A stretch of 64,000 bases of DNA from an uncultured Spirochaetota bacterium. Its GTDB lineage: Bacteria; Spirochaetota; Spirochaetia; Treponematales; UBA12059. Positions 32,284 through 40,710 of the stretch are shown here, piece after piece. Where the stretch lies: the NCBI GenBank assembly GCA_937873275.1, contig CALMRC010000051.1, positions 1,057-65,056 on the forward strand, written 5' to 3'. The notes beneath the pieces were generated by a model. That model was not told the DNA's origin. It worked only from the letters and a program-made list of their open reading frames with translations, and searched no databases. A program made the translations under genes and the position numbers. Each line of letters begins with the position of its first letter. Position 1 is the stretch's first letter.

Positions 32284-32880
32284 CTACTCCGGCAACTCCG
32301 ATACAATTGCGACGCCGCTGGAGGCTCCTATCCGGTCCGCGCCGGCTTCCAGGAGCTGGATGGCGTCGTGGTAGGTACGGATGCCGCCGGAGGCCTTGAT
32401 GCGGAGATCCCGATCCCCGATCGTACCCCGAAGGAGCCGGATGTCCTCCACGCTCGCGCCCCCGGTCCCGAAGCCCGTGCTCGTCTGGACGTATCGGGCG
32501 CCGGCCCGGATCGCCGCCTCGCAGGCGCGGGCCTTCTCGGACTCGCCCAGGTAGCAGGTCTCCAGGATCACCTTCACCGCCGCCGGTCCGGATGCCTGGA
32601 CGACCCCCCGGATGTCCTCCTCCACCGCCTTCCAGTCCCCGGACTTGGCGGCGCCGAGGTTGATCACCATGTCGACCTCCCCCGCGCCCGACTGGACGGC
32701 GAGGCGGGCTTCCTCCGCCTTGGATTCCGGATCGCTCGCCCCCAGGGGAAATCCGATCACGGAACAGACGGTGATTCCGCTGCCCGCGAGCTTGCGGAGG
32801 CAGAAGCGGATCCAGTAGGGGTTCACGCAGACGCCGAAGAACCCGAACGCGCGGGCCTCGGCGCAATGCTCCTCCAGCAT
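32284..32880 (-). CDS. deoC: deoxyribose-phosphate aldolase paralog without targeting extension (DeoC2); true 5' end unresolved
   Basis: 198 aa from the first ATG, with DERA core VCVNP...VQTSTGF...IKASGGIR. The conserved N-terminal strand (AELAKAIDHSLLKAFGTER) is encoded in-frame upstream of that ATG, with no ATG/GTG/TTG available. Confidence 0.7.
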   Translation of the reverse strand: MLEEHCAEARAFGFFGVCVNPYWIRFCLRKLAGSGITVCSVIGFPLGASDPESKAEEARLAVQSGAGEVDMVINLGAAKSGDWKAVEEDIRGVVQASGPAAVKVILETCYLGESEKARACEAAIRAGARYVQTSTGFGTGGASVEDIRLLRGTIGDRDLRIKASGGIRTYHDAIQLLEAGADRIGASSGVAIVSELPE

Positions 32881-32970
32881 CCGTTCCGTGCCGAAGGCCT
32901 TGAGGAGGCTGTGATCGATCGCCTTGGCCAGTTCGGCCCGGGTCCAATGCTTCGTAGAAAGCTCCTTTCG

Positions 32971-33092
32971 GTGGACGGTGGACAGTGGACGGTAAACGGA
33001 CGTGTTTCAAGAATACGGTTGATGTCCACGCGTTTGCGTTGCCCTCGCCCGCAGCCTCGATCCGCTTCCGTCCACCGCTTACCGTCCACCGT
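32971..33092. repeat. ~120-bp palindromic element with GGTGGAC-heptamer inverted ends (copy 2)
   Basis: Left end is GTGGAC GGTGGAC AGTGGAC GGTAAAC and right end is GTCCACC GCTTACC GTCCACC GTTTTCC. It abuts the RBS of deoC2. Confidence 0.65.
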
Positions 33093-33098
33093 TTTCCG

Positions 33099-33797
33099 TT
33101 ATATCTCGAACCGTCTCGCCAGGTATTCCCGGCGGGATTCGACGAGTTCCTGAAGCTCCTCCAGCATGCGCTTGTCCCCCGACTGTGCGATCGGGAAGAT
33201 CAGGGCCTCCGTCTCGTCCGTGTACCGCTTGATGAACTGGACGTCCGTCACGTACCCGAGGGCGATCATGTTGCTGATCCGGTCCGCGCACTTGAGAACC
33301 TTCGCGCGCTTGGACCCGAAGCGCTGGATCCGCTCCAGGAACTGCTGCTTGGTCTCGATGGGCCGGCGCGTCACTTCCAGGACCAGTTTGTAGACCTCGG
33401 CGCTCTCCTCGTCGATGGACAGGATGGAGTCCCGGTCGAAGTCCGGAACGTCCTCCAGAAGGTCGTGGATCACCGAGGCCTTGAGGAGGACCGAGTCGAT
33501 GTACCCGTAGTCCATGAGGATGCCGAAGGTGTCGATCTGGTGGCGGAACATGTTGCCCCCGCTCCGCCGCCGCTTGCCCACCAGGGTGGTGGCCAATTGG
33601 ATGTACGGCGCCAGGTGCATTTCCTTGAGGCGGATCATCGCCTCGGAGCCCATGAGCCCCTCGTCCTCCAGGTCGTGGACGTAGGGGGCCAGGGGGCCGG
33701 GGTCGAAGCCCCCGGCGGGGGTGGATTTCGAGGCTGGGGATTCCTCCGGGACGGCGGGGATCTTGGGATCCCCACCCTCCCGGGGCGTCCTGTTCAT
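33099..33797 (-). CDS. HD-domain phosphohydrolase (RelA/SpoT-hydrolase-like HD_4 type)
   Basis: 232 aa with block RHQIDTFGILMDYGYIDSVLLKASVIHDLLEDV. ATGA overlap with the valS stop. Confidence 0.65.
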   Translation of the reverse strand: MNRTPREGGDPKIPAVPEESPASKSTPAGGFDPGPLAPYVHDLEDEGLMGSEAMIRLKEMHLAPYIQLATTLVGKRRRSGGNMFRHQIDTFGILMDYGYIDSVLLKASVIHDLLEDVPDFDRDSILSIDEESAEVYKLVLEVTRRPIETKQQFLERIQRFGSKRAKVLKCADRISNMIALGYVTDVQFIKRYTDETEALIFPIAQSGDKRMLEELQELVESRREYLARRFEI

Positions 33798-36481
33798 GCA
33801 AGCTCCTTCACGTACTGCTCCAGCTTGGCCGCCCGCCGCTCGGATTCGGCCAGCTTCTCCCGTTCCTTATCTACGACCTCCGGGGGCGCGGACTTTAGGA
33901 AGGATTCGTTGGACAGCTTGGCACGGACCCGCTCGGCGAAGGTCCTCTCCTTCTCGGCTTCCTTCCGGAACTTCTGGGCCAGGGCCGCCCCGTCTACGGC
34001 GTCCTTGACCTTGGCGTAGGCCTCGAAGCCCCGGCCGACCAGGGCCAGGGAGCCCTCCGGCTTGGCGGACACGATTTCGGGATCCGGGCCGTTCACCAGG
34101 AGGGCCGCCAGGGGGGCCCACCGTGGGAAGGATCCGGCCGACGCCGCCCCGGACTCGAAGCGGACCGAGGTGGCGACCGCCTTCTGGGGCTCGACCCCGA
34201 ACTCGCTGCGGAGGTTGCGCACCAGGCGCACGAATTCCATGACCGTCTCGAACTCCGCCGCCAGGGCGGGATCCAGCCGGGAAGCGTCCGCCTCGGGGTA
34301 CCGCTGGACGATCAGGTCCCCCTTCCGGTTGGGAAGCATCCGGTAGATCTCCTCGGTCACGAAGGGCAGGAAGGGGTGGAGAAGCCGGAGGCTCTCCTCC
34401 AGGACCTCCAGGATGACCGTGGCCGCCCGGTTCTTCTCCGCCTCGTCCCCGGTGCGGAAGGAGAGCTTGGTCCCCTCGATGTACCAGTCGCAGAAGTCGT
34501 TCCAGAAGTACTCGTACACCGCCTGGGCCCCGTCGTTGAAGCGGTAGGTCTCCAGGGCGGCCCGGGCGGTGCCCGCGGCCTGGGCCAGGCGGTGCCGAAT
34601 CCAGCGGTCCAGGGGAGACGGCTCCGCGGCGCCCGGCGCGAGGAGTTCCCGGCCCTCCAGGTTGCCCAGGATGTACCGGGAGGCGTTCCAGACCTTGTTG
34701 GCGAACTTGGAGCCCAGCTTGAAGTCCTCCTTGTCGATGAGGACGTCCTGGGAGGCGGTGAACATGAAAGCCAGGGTGAAGCGGAGGGCGTCGGCGCCGT
34801 ACTCGTCCACGATCTCCAGGGGATCGATGCCGTTCCCCAGGGACTTGGACATCTTCCGGCCCTGCTTGTCCCGGATGAGGGTGGTGATGCACACGTCCCG
34901 GAAGGGGGTGCGCTCCATGAACTCCATGCCCGCCATGATCATCCGGGCCACCCAGAAGAAGATGATGTCGTACCCCGTCACGAGTACGCTGGTGGGGTAG
35001 TACTTCCGGAGGTCCGCGGTGTCCTTGGGCCAGCCCAGGGTGCTGAAGGGCCAGAGCCAGGAGGAGAACCAGGTGTCCAGGACGTCCTCGTCCTGGGTCA
35101 GCTCCGTGGACTTGCAGTACGGGCACTCCAGGGGATCCTCCCGGGCCACCACGGTCTTGCCGCAGTGGGCGCAGTACCAGGCGGGGATCCGGTGCCCCCA
35201 CCAGAGCTGGCGGCTGATGCACCAGTCCCGGATGTTCGTCAGCCAGTGCTCGTAGGTGTTTTCCCAACGCTGGGGGTAGAACCGGACGTCCCCGTCCCGC
35301 CAGACCTTGAGGGCCTTGTCGGCCAGGGGCTTCATCCGCACGAACCACTGCTCCGAGAGGAAGGGCTCCACCACGGTGTGGCAGCGGTAGCAGTGGCCCA
35401 CGGAATGGCTGATCTTCTCCTCCCGCACGAAGAGCCCGGCGGCCTCCAGATCCGCCACCACGGCCTTCCGGGCCTCCTTGACGGTCATGCCCCGGTACTT
35501 CTCGGGGGCGGCGTCGGAGAGCTTTCCGTCCGGGGTAAGGACGTTGACCCGCTCCAGGTTGTGACGGTTCCCCACCTCGAAGTCGTTGGGATCGTGGGCG
35601 GGGGTGATCTTCACGAGGCCCGTCCCGAACTCCCGGTCCACGTAGGCGTCCGCGATGATGGGGATCGCGCGGTCCGCCAGGGGGAGCTTCACGGTCTTGC
35701 CGATCAGGGCCGCGTATCGGGGGTCCTCGGGGTGGGCGGCCACGGCGGTGTCCCCCAGGAGGGTCTCCGGCCGGGTGGTGGCGATCTCGATGTAGGCCTT
35801 CCCGTCGAGGACGGTCCAGCCGGACTCGGGGCCGGGGACCGGGGGGTCCAGGATCTCGTAGCGGATGTGGAACATCCCGCCCGCCTCGTCCGCGTGGTCC
35901 ACCTCGTCGTCGGCCAGGGCGGTGCCGCAGGAGGGGCACCAGTTCACCAGGTACTCTCCTTTGTACACGAGGCCCCGCTCGTAGAGGGTCACGAAGACCT
36001 CCCGGACCGCCTTGGACAGGCCCTCGTCCAGGGTGAAGCGCTCCCGGGTCCAGTCGCAGGAGGACCCGATCTTCTCCAATTGCTTCTTGATGATGTCGTG
36101 GTGCTCGTTGGCGACCTTCCAGGTCTCCTCCACGAACTTTTCCCGGCCCAGGTTCCGGCGCAGGATGCCTTGGGCCCGGAGCTTCTTCTCCACCACGTGC
36201 TGGGTGGCGATGCCGGCGTGGTCCGTTCCGGGCACCCAGAGGGTCGGCCGCCCGAGCATCCGGTTGTACCGGATGGCGATGTCCTGGAGGGAATTGTTGA
36301 GGCCGTGCCCCATGTGGAGGACCCCCGTGACGTTCGGGGGCGGGATGACGATGACGAAGGGTTTCTTCCCGGGTTCTCCGGCGGGCTTGAAATGGCCGGC
36401 GGATTCCCAGGCCTGGTAGATCCGGTCCTCGAAGTCCTTGGGGGCGTAGGCTTTCGCGAGTTCGATGGCTTTCATGGACAT
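33794..36481 (-). CDS. valS: valine--tRNA ligase
   Basis: 895 aa with HIGH-type VLHMGHGLN, KMSKS (RKMSKSLGN) and a C-terminal coiled coil. Confidence 0.95.
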   Translation of the reverse strand: MSMKAIELAKAYAPKDFEDRIYQAWESAGHFKPAGEPGKKPFVIVIPPPNVTGVLHMGHGLNNSLQDIAIRYNRMLGRPTLWVPGTDHAGIATQHVVEKKLRAQGILRRNLGREKFVEETWKVANEHHDIIKKQLEKIGSSCDWTRERFTLDEGLSKAVREVFVTLYERGLVYKGEYLVNWCPSCGTALADDEVDHADEAGGMFHIRYEILDPPVPGPESGWTVLDGKAYIEIATTRPETLLGDTAVAAHPEDPRYAALIGKTVKLPLADRAIPIIADAYVDREFGTGLVKITPAHDPNDFEVGNRHNLERVNVLTPDGKLSDAAPEKYRGMTVKEARKAVVADLEAAGLFVREEKISHSVGHCYRCHTVVEPFLSEQWFVRMKPLADKALKVWRDGDVRFYPQRWENTYEHWLTNIRDWCISRQLWWGHRIPAWYCAHCGKTVVAREDPLECPYCKSTELTQDEDVLDTWFSSWLWPFSTLGWPKDTADLRKYYPTSVLVTGYDIIFFWVARMIMAGMEFMERTPFRDVCITTLIRDKQGRKMSKSLGNGIDPLEIVDEYGADALRFTLAFMFTASQDVLIDKEDFKLGSKFANKVWNASRYILGNLEGRELLAPGAAEPSPLDRWIRHRLAQAAGTARAALETYRFNDGAQAVYEYFWNDFCDWYIEGTKLSFRTGDEAEKNRAATVILEVLEESLRLLHPFLPFVTEEIYRMLPNRKGDLIVQRYPEADASRLDPALAAEFETVMEFVRLVRNLRSEFGVEPQKAVATSVRFESGAASAGSFPRWAPLAALLVNGPDPEIVSAKPEGSLALVGRGFEAYAKVKDAVDGAALAQKFRKEAEKERTFAERVRAKLSNESFLKSAPPEVVDKEREKLAESERRAAKLEQYVKELA

Positions 36482-36544
36482 TCCCTTCGTCGATGCGTTC
36501 TCCCGCGACGCCCGACGGGTGTCGCGGGGCGCGAATAGGGAGAA

Positions 36545-36573
36545 ACTCTACCAAAATACGGGGATAAATTCAA
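36545..36573 (-). promoter_or_regulatory. sigma70-like promoter TTGAAT-N17-TAGAGT upstream of valS
   Basis: Minus-strand reading is TTGAAT TTATCCCCGTATTTTGG TAGAGT. It lies ~65 nt upstream of the valS ATG. Confidence 0.45.
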
Positions 36574-36627
36574 AGGGGACGGGGAAAAACGCGAGTACGC
36601 CCGAAAACCGGCGGGGAACGGGCCTCC

Positions 36628-37614
36628 TCAATACCCCGGGTCCGCCGTGCGGACCCCCCGGAGCAGGATCTCCCGGAAGGCCGCCGGATCCTCCACCATT
36701 ACGGAGTGGCCCACGGTCTCGAGGATCCGGAGGGATCCCCTCGGGAAGGCGGCGGCCGTCGCCCGGGCCATGTCCTCCGTGACGATGGCGTCCCTCCGGC
36801 CCCAGACCACCAGGACGGGGCCGGGGAACTTCCCGCAGTCCGCCCGGCGGTCGAACCGGGCCAGGGCCCGGGCGTTCCCGGGGAAGGACGCGGGGTTCAT
36901 GCGGAGGGCCTCGTCGGTCAACTCGTCCAGGAAGGCGGGGTCGTCCATCCCGGGACAGACCGCCCCCAGGGCGGAGCGCAGGAGGGTCCGGTCCGTCTTG
37001 AAGCGCTCGATGGCCGCGTAGTGGGCCTCCGGGGTCACCAGGCCCGAGGGCGGGGCGGAGTCCACCAGGACCGCGGAAGCCCAGAGTTCCGGCCGACGGA
37101 CCAGGGCCGAGATCGCCACGGCCCCGCCCAGGGAATGCCCGACCAGGACGGGCCGGGACAGGCCGAGGGCCTCGGCGAAGCCGACCAGGTAGTCCGCGTA
37201 GAGGTCGATGTCCGAGGAGCCCGGGGCCTCCGCCGGATCCAGCCGGTCGGAGCCCCCGAAGTTCGGCAGGTCCGGGACCAAAAGGCGCGCCCCGGGCACG
37301 TCCCCCACCCGGGTCCACCAGAGGGAGGATCCCGTGTTCCCGTGCACCAGGAGGACGGGGTACCCCGCGCCGCTCTCGCGGTAGAGGATCCTCTTTCCGT
37401 GGACGGTCACGATCTTGGTATCCATGGGAATCTCCTTTCCGGTCCCGGCCCGGGGACGGGAGCAGGCTTCCAGGCCGGACAGCGCGAGGACCGCGGCCAG
37501 GGCGATCGGAGCCGCGAGCGAGACCGCCGCCCGACTTCCCGCCCGGCGCCGCGGCTTCCGCCCGACAGCGGGTTCAGGCTCCCCAGAAGCCCAAAGCCGC
37601 GTCCGCGACGGCAT
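36628..37614 (-). CDS. alpha/beta-fold hydrolase (secreted or lipoprotein; start uncertain)
   Basis: 328 aa with an N-terminal hydrophobic signal-like segment (LAAVLALSGLEAC), an HG oxyanion motif (LLVHGNTG) and a nucleophile elbow (GHSLGG). Confidence 0.7.
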   Translation of the reverse strand: MPSRTRLWASGEPEPAVGRKPRRRAGSRAAVSLAAPIALAAVLALSGLEACSRPRAGTGKEIPMDTKIVTVHGKRILYRESGAGYPVLLVHGNTGSSLWWTRVGDVPGARLLVPDLPNFGGSDRLDPAEAPGSSDIDLYADYLVGFAEALGLSRPVLVGHSLGGAVAISALVRRPELWASAVLVDSAPPSGLVTPEAHYAAIERFKTDRTLLRSALGAVCPGMDDPAFLDELTDEALRMNPASFPGNARALARFDRRADCGKFPGPVLVVWGRRDAIVTEDMARATAAAFPRGSLRILETVGHSVMVEDPAAFREILLRGVRTADPGY

Positions 37615-38365
37615 CCGGGTTTTCCACCGCGACCGCGTGCCCGGCCCCGGGGATCTCCGTCAGCCGGGCTCCCGGGATCCCCCGGACCAGGATTTCCGCG
37701 AAGCCCCGGTGCTTGAGGATATCCTTTTCCGCCACGATCACAAGGGCTGGGCTTCGTATCCGCCCCAGATCCTTGGTCAGGTCGATCCGCAGAAAAGCCT
37801 CGCAGAGACCGGCGAAGGCCTCGAAGTACTCCGGGGGAAGGGACCGGATGACCGCCTCCCGCCTGTCCAGGGCCTCCCGGTTGGCGGCGATGTACCCCGC
37901 CGAGTAGTTCCAGGGGAGGATGGTCCGGTAGAACAGGCCCGGGTCCGTCCGGGCCGCCCGGCTCCAGGATTCCACCGCCGCGGACAGGAGGGCGTCCGTC
38001 TCGCTGACCCCGTCCACCAGAACGAGGCTCTCGACGCGGTCCGGAAAGTCCCGGGCGAACGCGAGTCCCACCTCGGCTCCGTAGGAGGTGCCCAGGACGT
38101 GGAGCCTCGGGATCCCGAGGCGGTCCATCAGGGCAGCCAGGTCCCGGGCGTGGCCCTCCAGGGAGTAGTCCCCGGGCTTGTCCGACAGAAGCTGGCCCCG
38201 CATGTCGTGGGCCAGGACCCGGAAGCCCGCGGCGGCCAGGCGCCCGGTGATCGGTTTCCAGTGGGAGACCGACATCGCGATGCCGTTGAGCAGGGCGACG
38301 GTCCGGGGACCCGGACCGGTCATCTCGTAGGCGATGCCGCAACCCTCCGTCGTGAACCGTTCCAC
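37574..38365 (-). CDS. alpha/beta-fold hydrolase
   Basis: Start set at GTG 38363-38365, 1 nt after the livF stop. Nucleophile elbow is GTSYG and the C-terminus is GAGHAVAVENP. Confidence 0.7.
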   Translation of the reverse strand: MERFTTEGCGIAYEMTGPGPRTVALLNGIAMSVSHWKPITGRLAAAGFRVLAHDMRGQLLSDKPGDYSLEGHARDLAALMDRLGIPRLHVLGTSYGAEVGLAFARDFPDRVESLVLVDGVSETDALLSAAVESWSRAARTDPGLFYRTILPWNYSAGYIAANREALDRREAVIRSLPPEYFEAFAGLCEAFLRIDLTKDLGRIRSPALVIVAEKDILKHRGFAEILVRGIPGARLTEIPGAGHAVAVENPDAVADAALGFWGA

Positions 38366-38366
38366 G

Positions 38367-39071
38367 TCACAACCCCAGGTAGGACGCCTCGACGTGGGGG
38401 TCCTTGGCCAGGTCGGAGGCGGCGCCTTCCAGGACGACGGCCCCGTTCTCCAGGACATAGCCCCGGTCCACGGACCGGAGGCTTTCCTTGACGTTCTGCT
38501 CGGTGACCAGGATGGCCACGTCCTTCTTGAGCTCGGACAGCCGGTCGAACACCTCCGAAACGATGGAGGGCTGGAGGCCCAGGGAGGGCTCGTCCAGGAT
38601 CAGGAGCTTCGGGTTGGCCATGAGGGCCCGGGCGATGGCGACCATGCGCTGCTGACCTCCGCTCATGGTCCCCACGATCTGCCGGAACCGCTCCTTGAGG
38701 ATCGGGAAGAGCCGGAGGCACTGCTCCAGGAGGCGTTCCTCCCGGCCTTGGGCCCGGGGGATGTACGCGGCTCCCAGGGCCAGGTTGTCCGCCACGGTCA
38801 TGCCCGGAAAGAGCTCCCGCTCCTGGGGGACCAGGGCGATCCCCGCCCGGGCGATCTCGTGGGTCGCGTGGCCCGTGACGTCCCTGCCGTCGAACCGGAT
38901 GGAGCCGCCCCAGGGCTTCACCAGGCCCGTGACCGCGTTGATCAGGGTGGTCTTTCCCGCCCCGTTGGGCCCGATGAGGGCCACGGACTCGGCGCCGATG
39001 GAGAGGCTCACGTCCCGCAGGACCGGGAGCTTGCCGTACCCGCAGGTGAGCCCTTGAATTTCCAGGATCAT
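38367..39071 (-). CDS. livF: branched-chain amino-acid ABC transporter ATP-binding protein
   Basis: 234 aa with Walker A GPNGAGKTT, signature MSGGQQ and a LivF-like C-terminus. Confidence 0.85.
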   Translation of the reverse strand: MILEIQGLTCGYGKLPVLRDVSLSIGAESVALIGPNGAGKTTLINAVTGLVKPWGGSIRFDGRDVTGHATHEIARAGIALVPQERELFPGMTVADNLALGAAYIPRAQGREERLLEQCLRLFPILKERFRQIVGTMSGGQQRMVAIARALMANPKLLILDEPSLGLQPSIVSEVFDRLSELKKDVAILVTEQNVKESLRSVDRGYVLENGAVVLEGAASDLAKDPHVEASYLGL

Positions 39072-39787
39072 GCCGCGCCTCCCAGGTATGCCTCGATGAC
39101 CCTCGGGTTCTTGGAAACCTCGGAGTACGGGCCCTCGGCGATCAGCTCGCCGGATTCCAGGACGATGACCCGCTCGGTCAGCTCCCGGATCACCCCCATC
39201 ACGTGCTCCACCACGCCCACCGCCAGGCCCCGCTCCTTGGCGATGGCCTTGACCATGGAGATCATCTGCCGCGTCTCGTCGGCGTTGAGTCCCGCCATCA
39301 CCTCGTCCAGGAAGAGGACCTCCGGCCCGTTCGCCAGGGCCCGGGCGATCTCCATCTTCTTGATCTCCAGGATCGAGAGGCTGGCGGTGTCCCGGCCCAG
39401 GTCCCCCAGCTGGAGGGACTCGCAGATCCCCTCGGCGCTCCTCCGGGCTTCCCGCAGGGACTGCCGCCGGCTGAAGACCGCCCCGATCATGACGTTCTCC
39501 AGGACCGTCAGGTTCTCCAGGGGATGGATGAGCTGGAAGGTACGGGCGATGCCCATCCGGGCCCGCTCGTGGGCGGGGGCGTACGATACGTCCCGGCCCT
39601 TGAAGAGGACCTTGCCGGAGGTGGGCATGAGGATGCCGGAAACCAGGTGGATGAAGGTCGTCTTCCCGGCCCCGTTGGGGCCGATGATTCCCAGGATCTC
39701 CCCGGCGTCCAGGGAGAAGGACACGTCGTTCACCGCCACGAGGCCCAGGAAGCGTTTGGTCAGGTGTTCCGTCTGCAGGGTCTTCAT
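39068..39787 (-). CDS. livG: branched-chain amino-acid ABC transporter ATP-binding protein
   Basis: Start ATG 39785-39787, with an ATGA overlap with the livM stop. Begins MKTLQTEHLTKRFLGLVAVNDVSF, with Walker A GPNGAGKTT. Confidence 0.85.
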   Translation of the reverse strand: MKTLQTEHLTKRFLGLVAVNDVSFSLDAGEILGIIGPNGAGKTTFIHLVSGILMPTSGKVLFKGRDVSYAPAHERARMGIARTFQLIHPLENLTVLENVMIGAVFSRRQSLREARRSAEGICESLQLGDLGRDTASLSILEIKKMEIARALANGPEVLFLDEVMAGLNADETRQMISMVKAIAKERGLAVGVVEHVMGVIRELTERVIVLESGELIAEGPYSEVSKNPRVIEAYLGGAA

Positions 39788-40710
39788 GCGCGCCTCCCGG
39801 CCCGGCGGTTTCGGGCCAACCCGACGAGCCCCCGGGGCATGAGCAGGATCACGAGGACGATGATGATCCCGTAGACCACCAGGTGCCCGTAGGGAATCTT
39901 GAGCTTGAGCCACTCGGAGGCGATGCCCAGGAGGACCGCCCCCGCGATGGGGCCCAGGGTACTGTGGATGCCGCCCAGGAGGGCCATGGCCAGGGGCAGG
40001 AGGGTGAAGTTCGCGTCGAAGGCCGTCTCCGGGGTCGTGAAGCCGTAGGACTGGACCTGGATGGCCCCCATCATCCCCTGGAGGGTGGAGGTCACCGTGA
40101 AGGCGACCAGGAGGTACTTGAAGATGTCCACCCCGCTGGCCCGGGCGCTGGTCTCGTCGTTCCGGATCGCCGTCAGGGCGAGGTGCAGCTTGCTCCGCTC
40201 GAAGTACCAGGAGGTCCCGAGGGTGATCGCCAGTCCCGCGAGGCAGAGCCAGTAGAGGGCCGGGGCGGCCCCGCCGAAGATCACGCCCGGCAGGACGACA
40301 CCCTCGGGCCCGCCGGAGAAGTCGTGCAGGTTGTGCAGGACGATGCGGAAGATTTCCGCCAGGGCCAGGGTCGTGATGGAGAAGTACATGGCCCGGAGGC
40401 GGAGGACCGCGAAGCCCAGGGCGTACGCGATGGCCCCCGTGAGGAGCGTCGCGAAGACCAGGCTCAGGACGGGGTCCATCCCCGCCCGCAGGACCAGGAG
40501 GGCGGACGCGTAGGATCCCAGACCGAAGAGCCCGGCGATGCCGAAGGAGATCTGCCCGGACCGGAGGAGCATGTCCCAGCTCACGGCCAAGGCCATGTAG
40601 GTCATGACGCTCCGGGCGACGTTCAGGGGGTAGGCCCCCAGGAAGGCCGGCAGGACGGCCAGGACGACGGCGGCGATCGCGGCCGCGGCGTAGGTTGCGG
40701 TCCGCTTCAT
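39784..40710 (-). CDS. livM: branched-chain amino-acid ABC transporter permease
   Basis: Start ATG 40708-40710, with an ATGA overlap with the livH stop. Multi-TM. Confidence 0.85.
   Translation of the reverse strand: MKRTATYAAAAIAAVVLAVLPAFLGAYPLNVARSVMTYMALAVSWDMLLRSGQISFGIAGLFGLGSYASALLVLRAGMDPVLSLVFATLLTGAIAYALGFAVLRLRAMYFSITTLALAEIFRIVLHNLHDFSGGPEGVVLPGVIFGGAAPALYWLCLAGLAITLGTSWYFERSKLHLALTAIRNDETSARASGVDIFKYLLVAFTVTSTLQGMMGAIQVQSYGFTTPETAFDANFTLLPLAMALLGGIHSTLGPIAGAVLLGIASEWLKLKIPYGHLVVYGIIIVLVILLMPRGLVGLARNRRAGRRA

Noticed and set aside
32079-33153. ORFs 32079-32306, 32195-33010 (minus strand) and 32101-33153 (plus strand) spanning the repeat array and deoC2.
   Set aside because: They exist only because each repeat unit ends in a stop codon preceded by the relic peptide. 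Their bodies are out of frame or antisense to deoC2, with junk composition.
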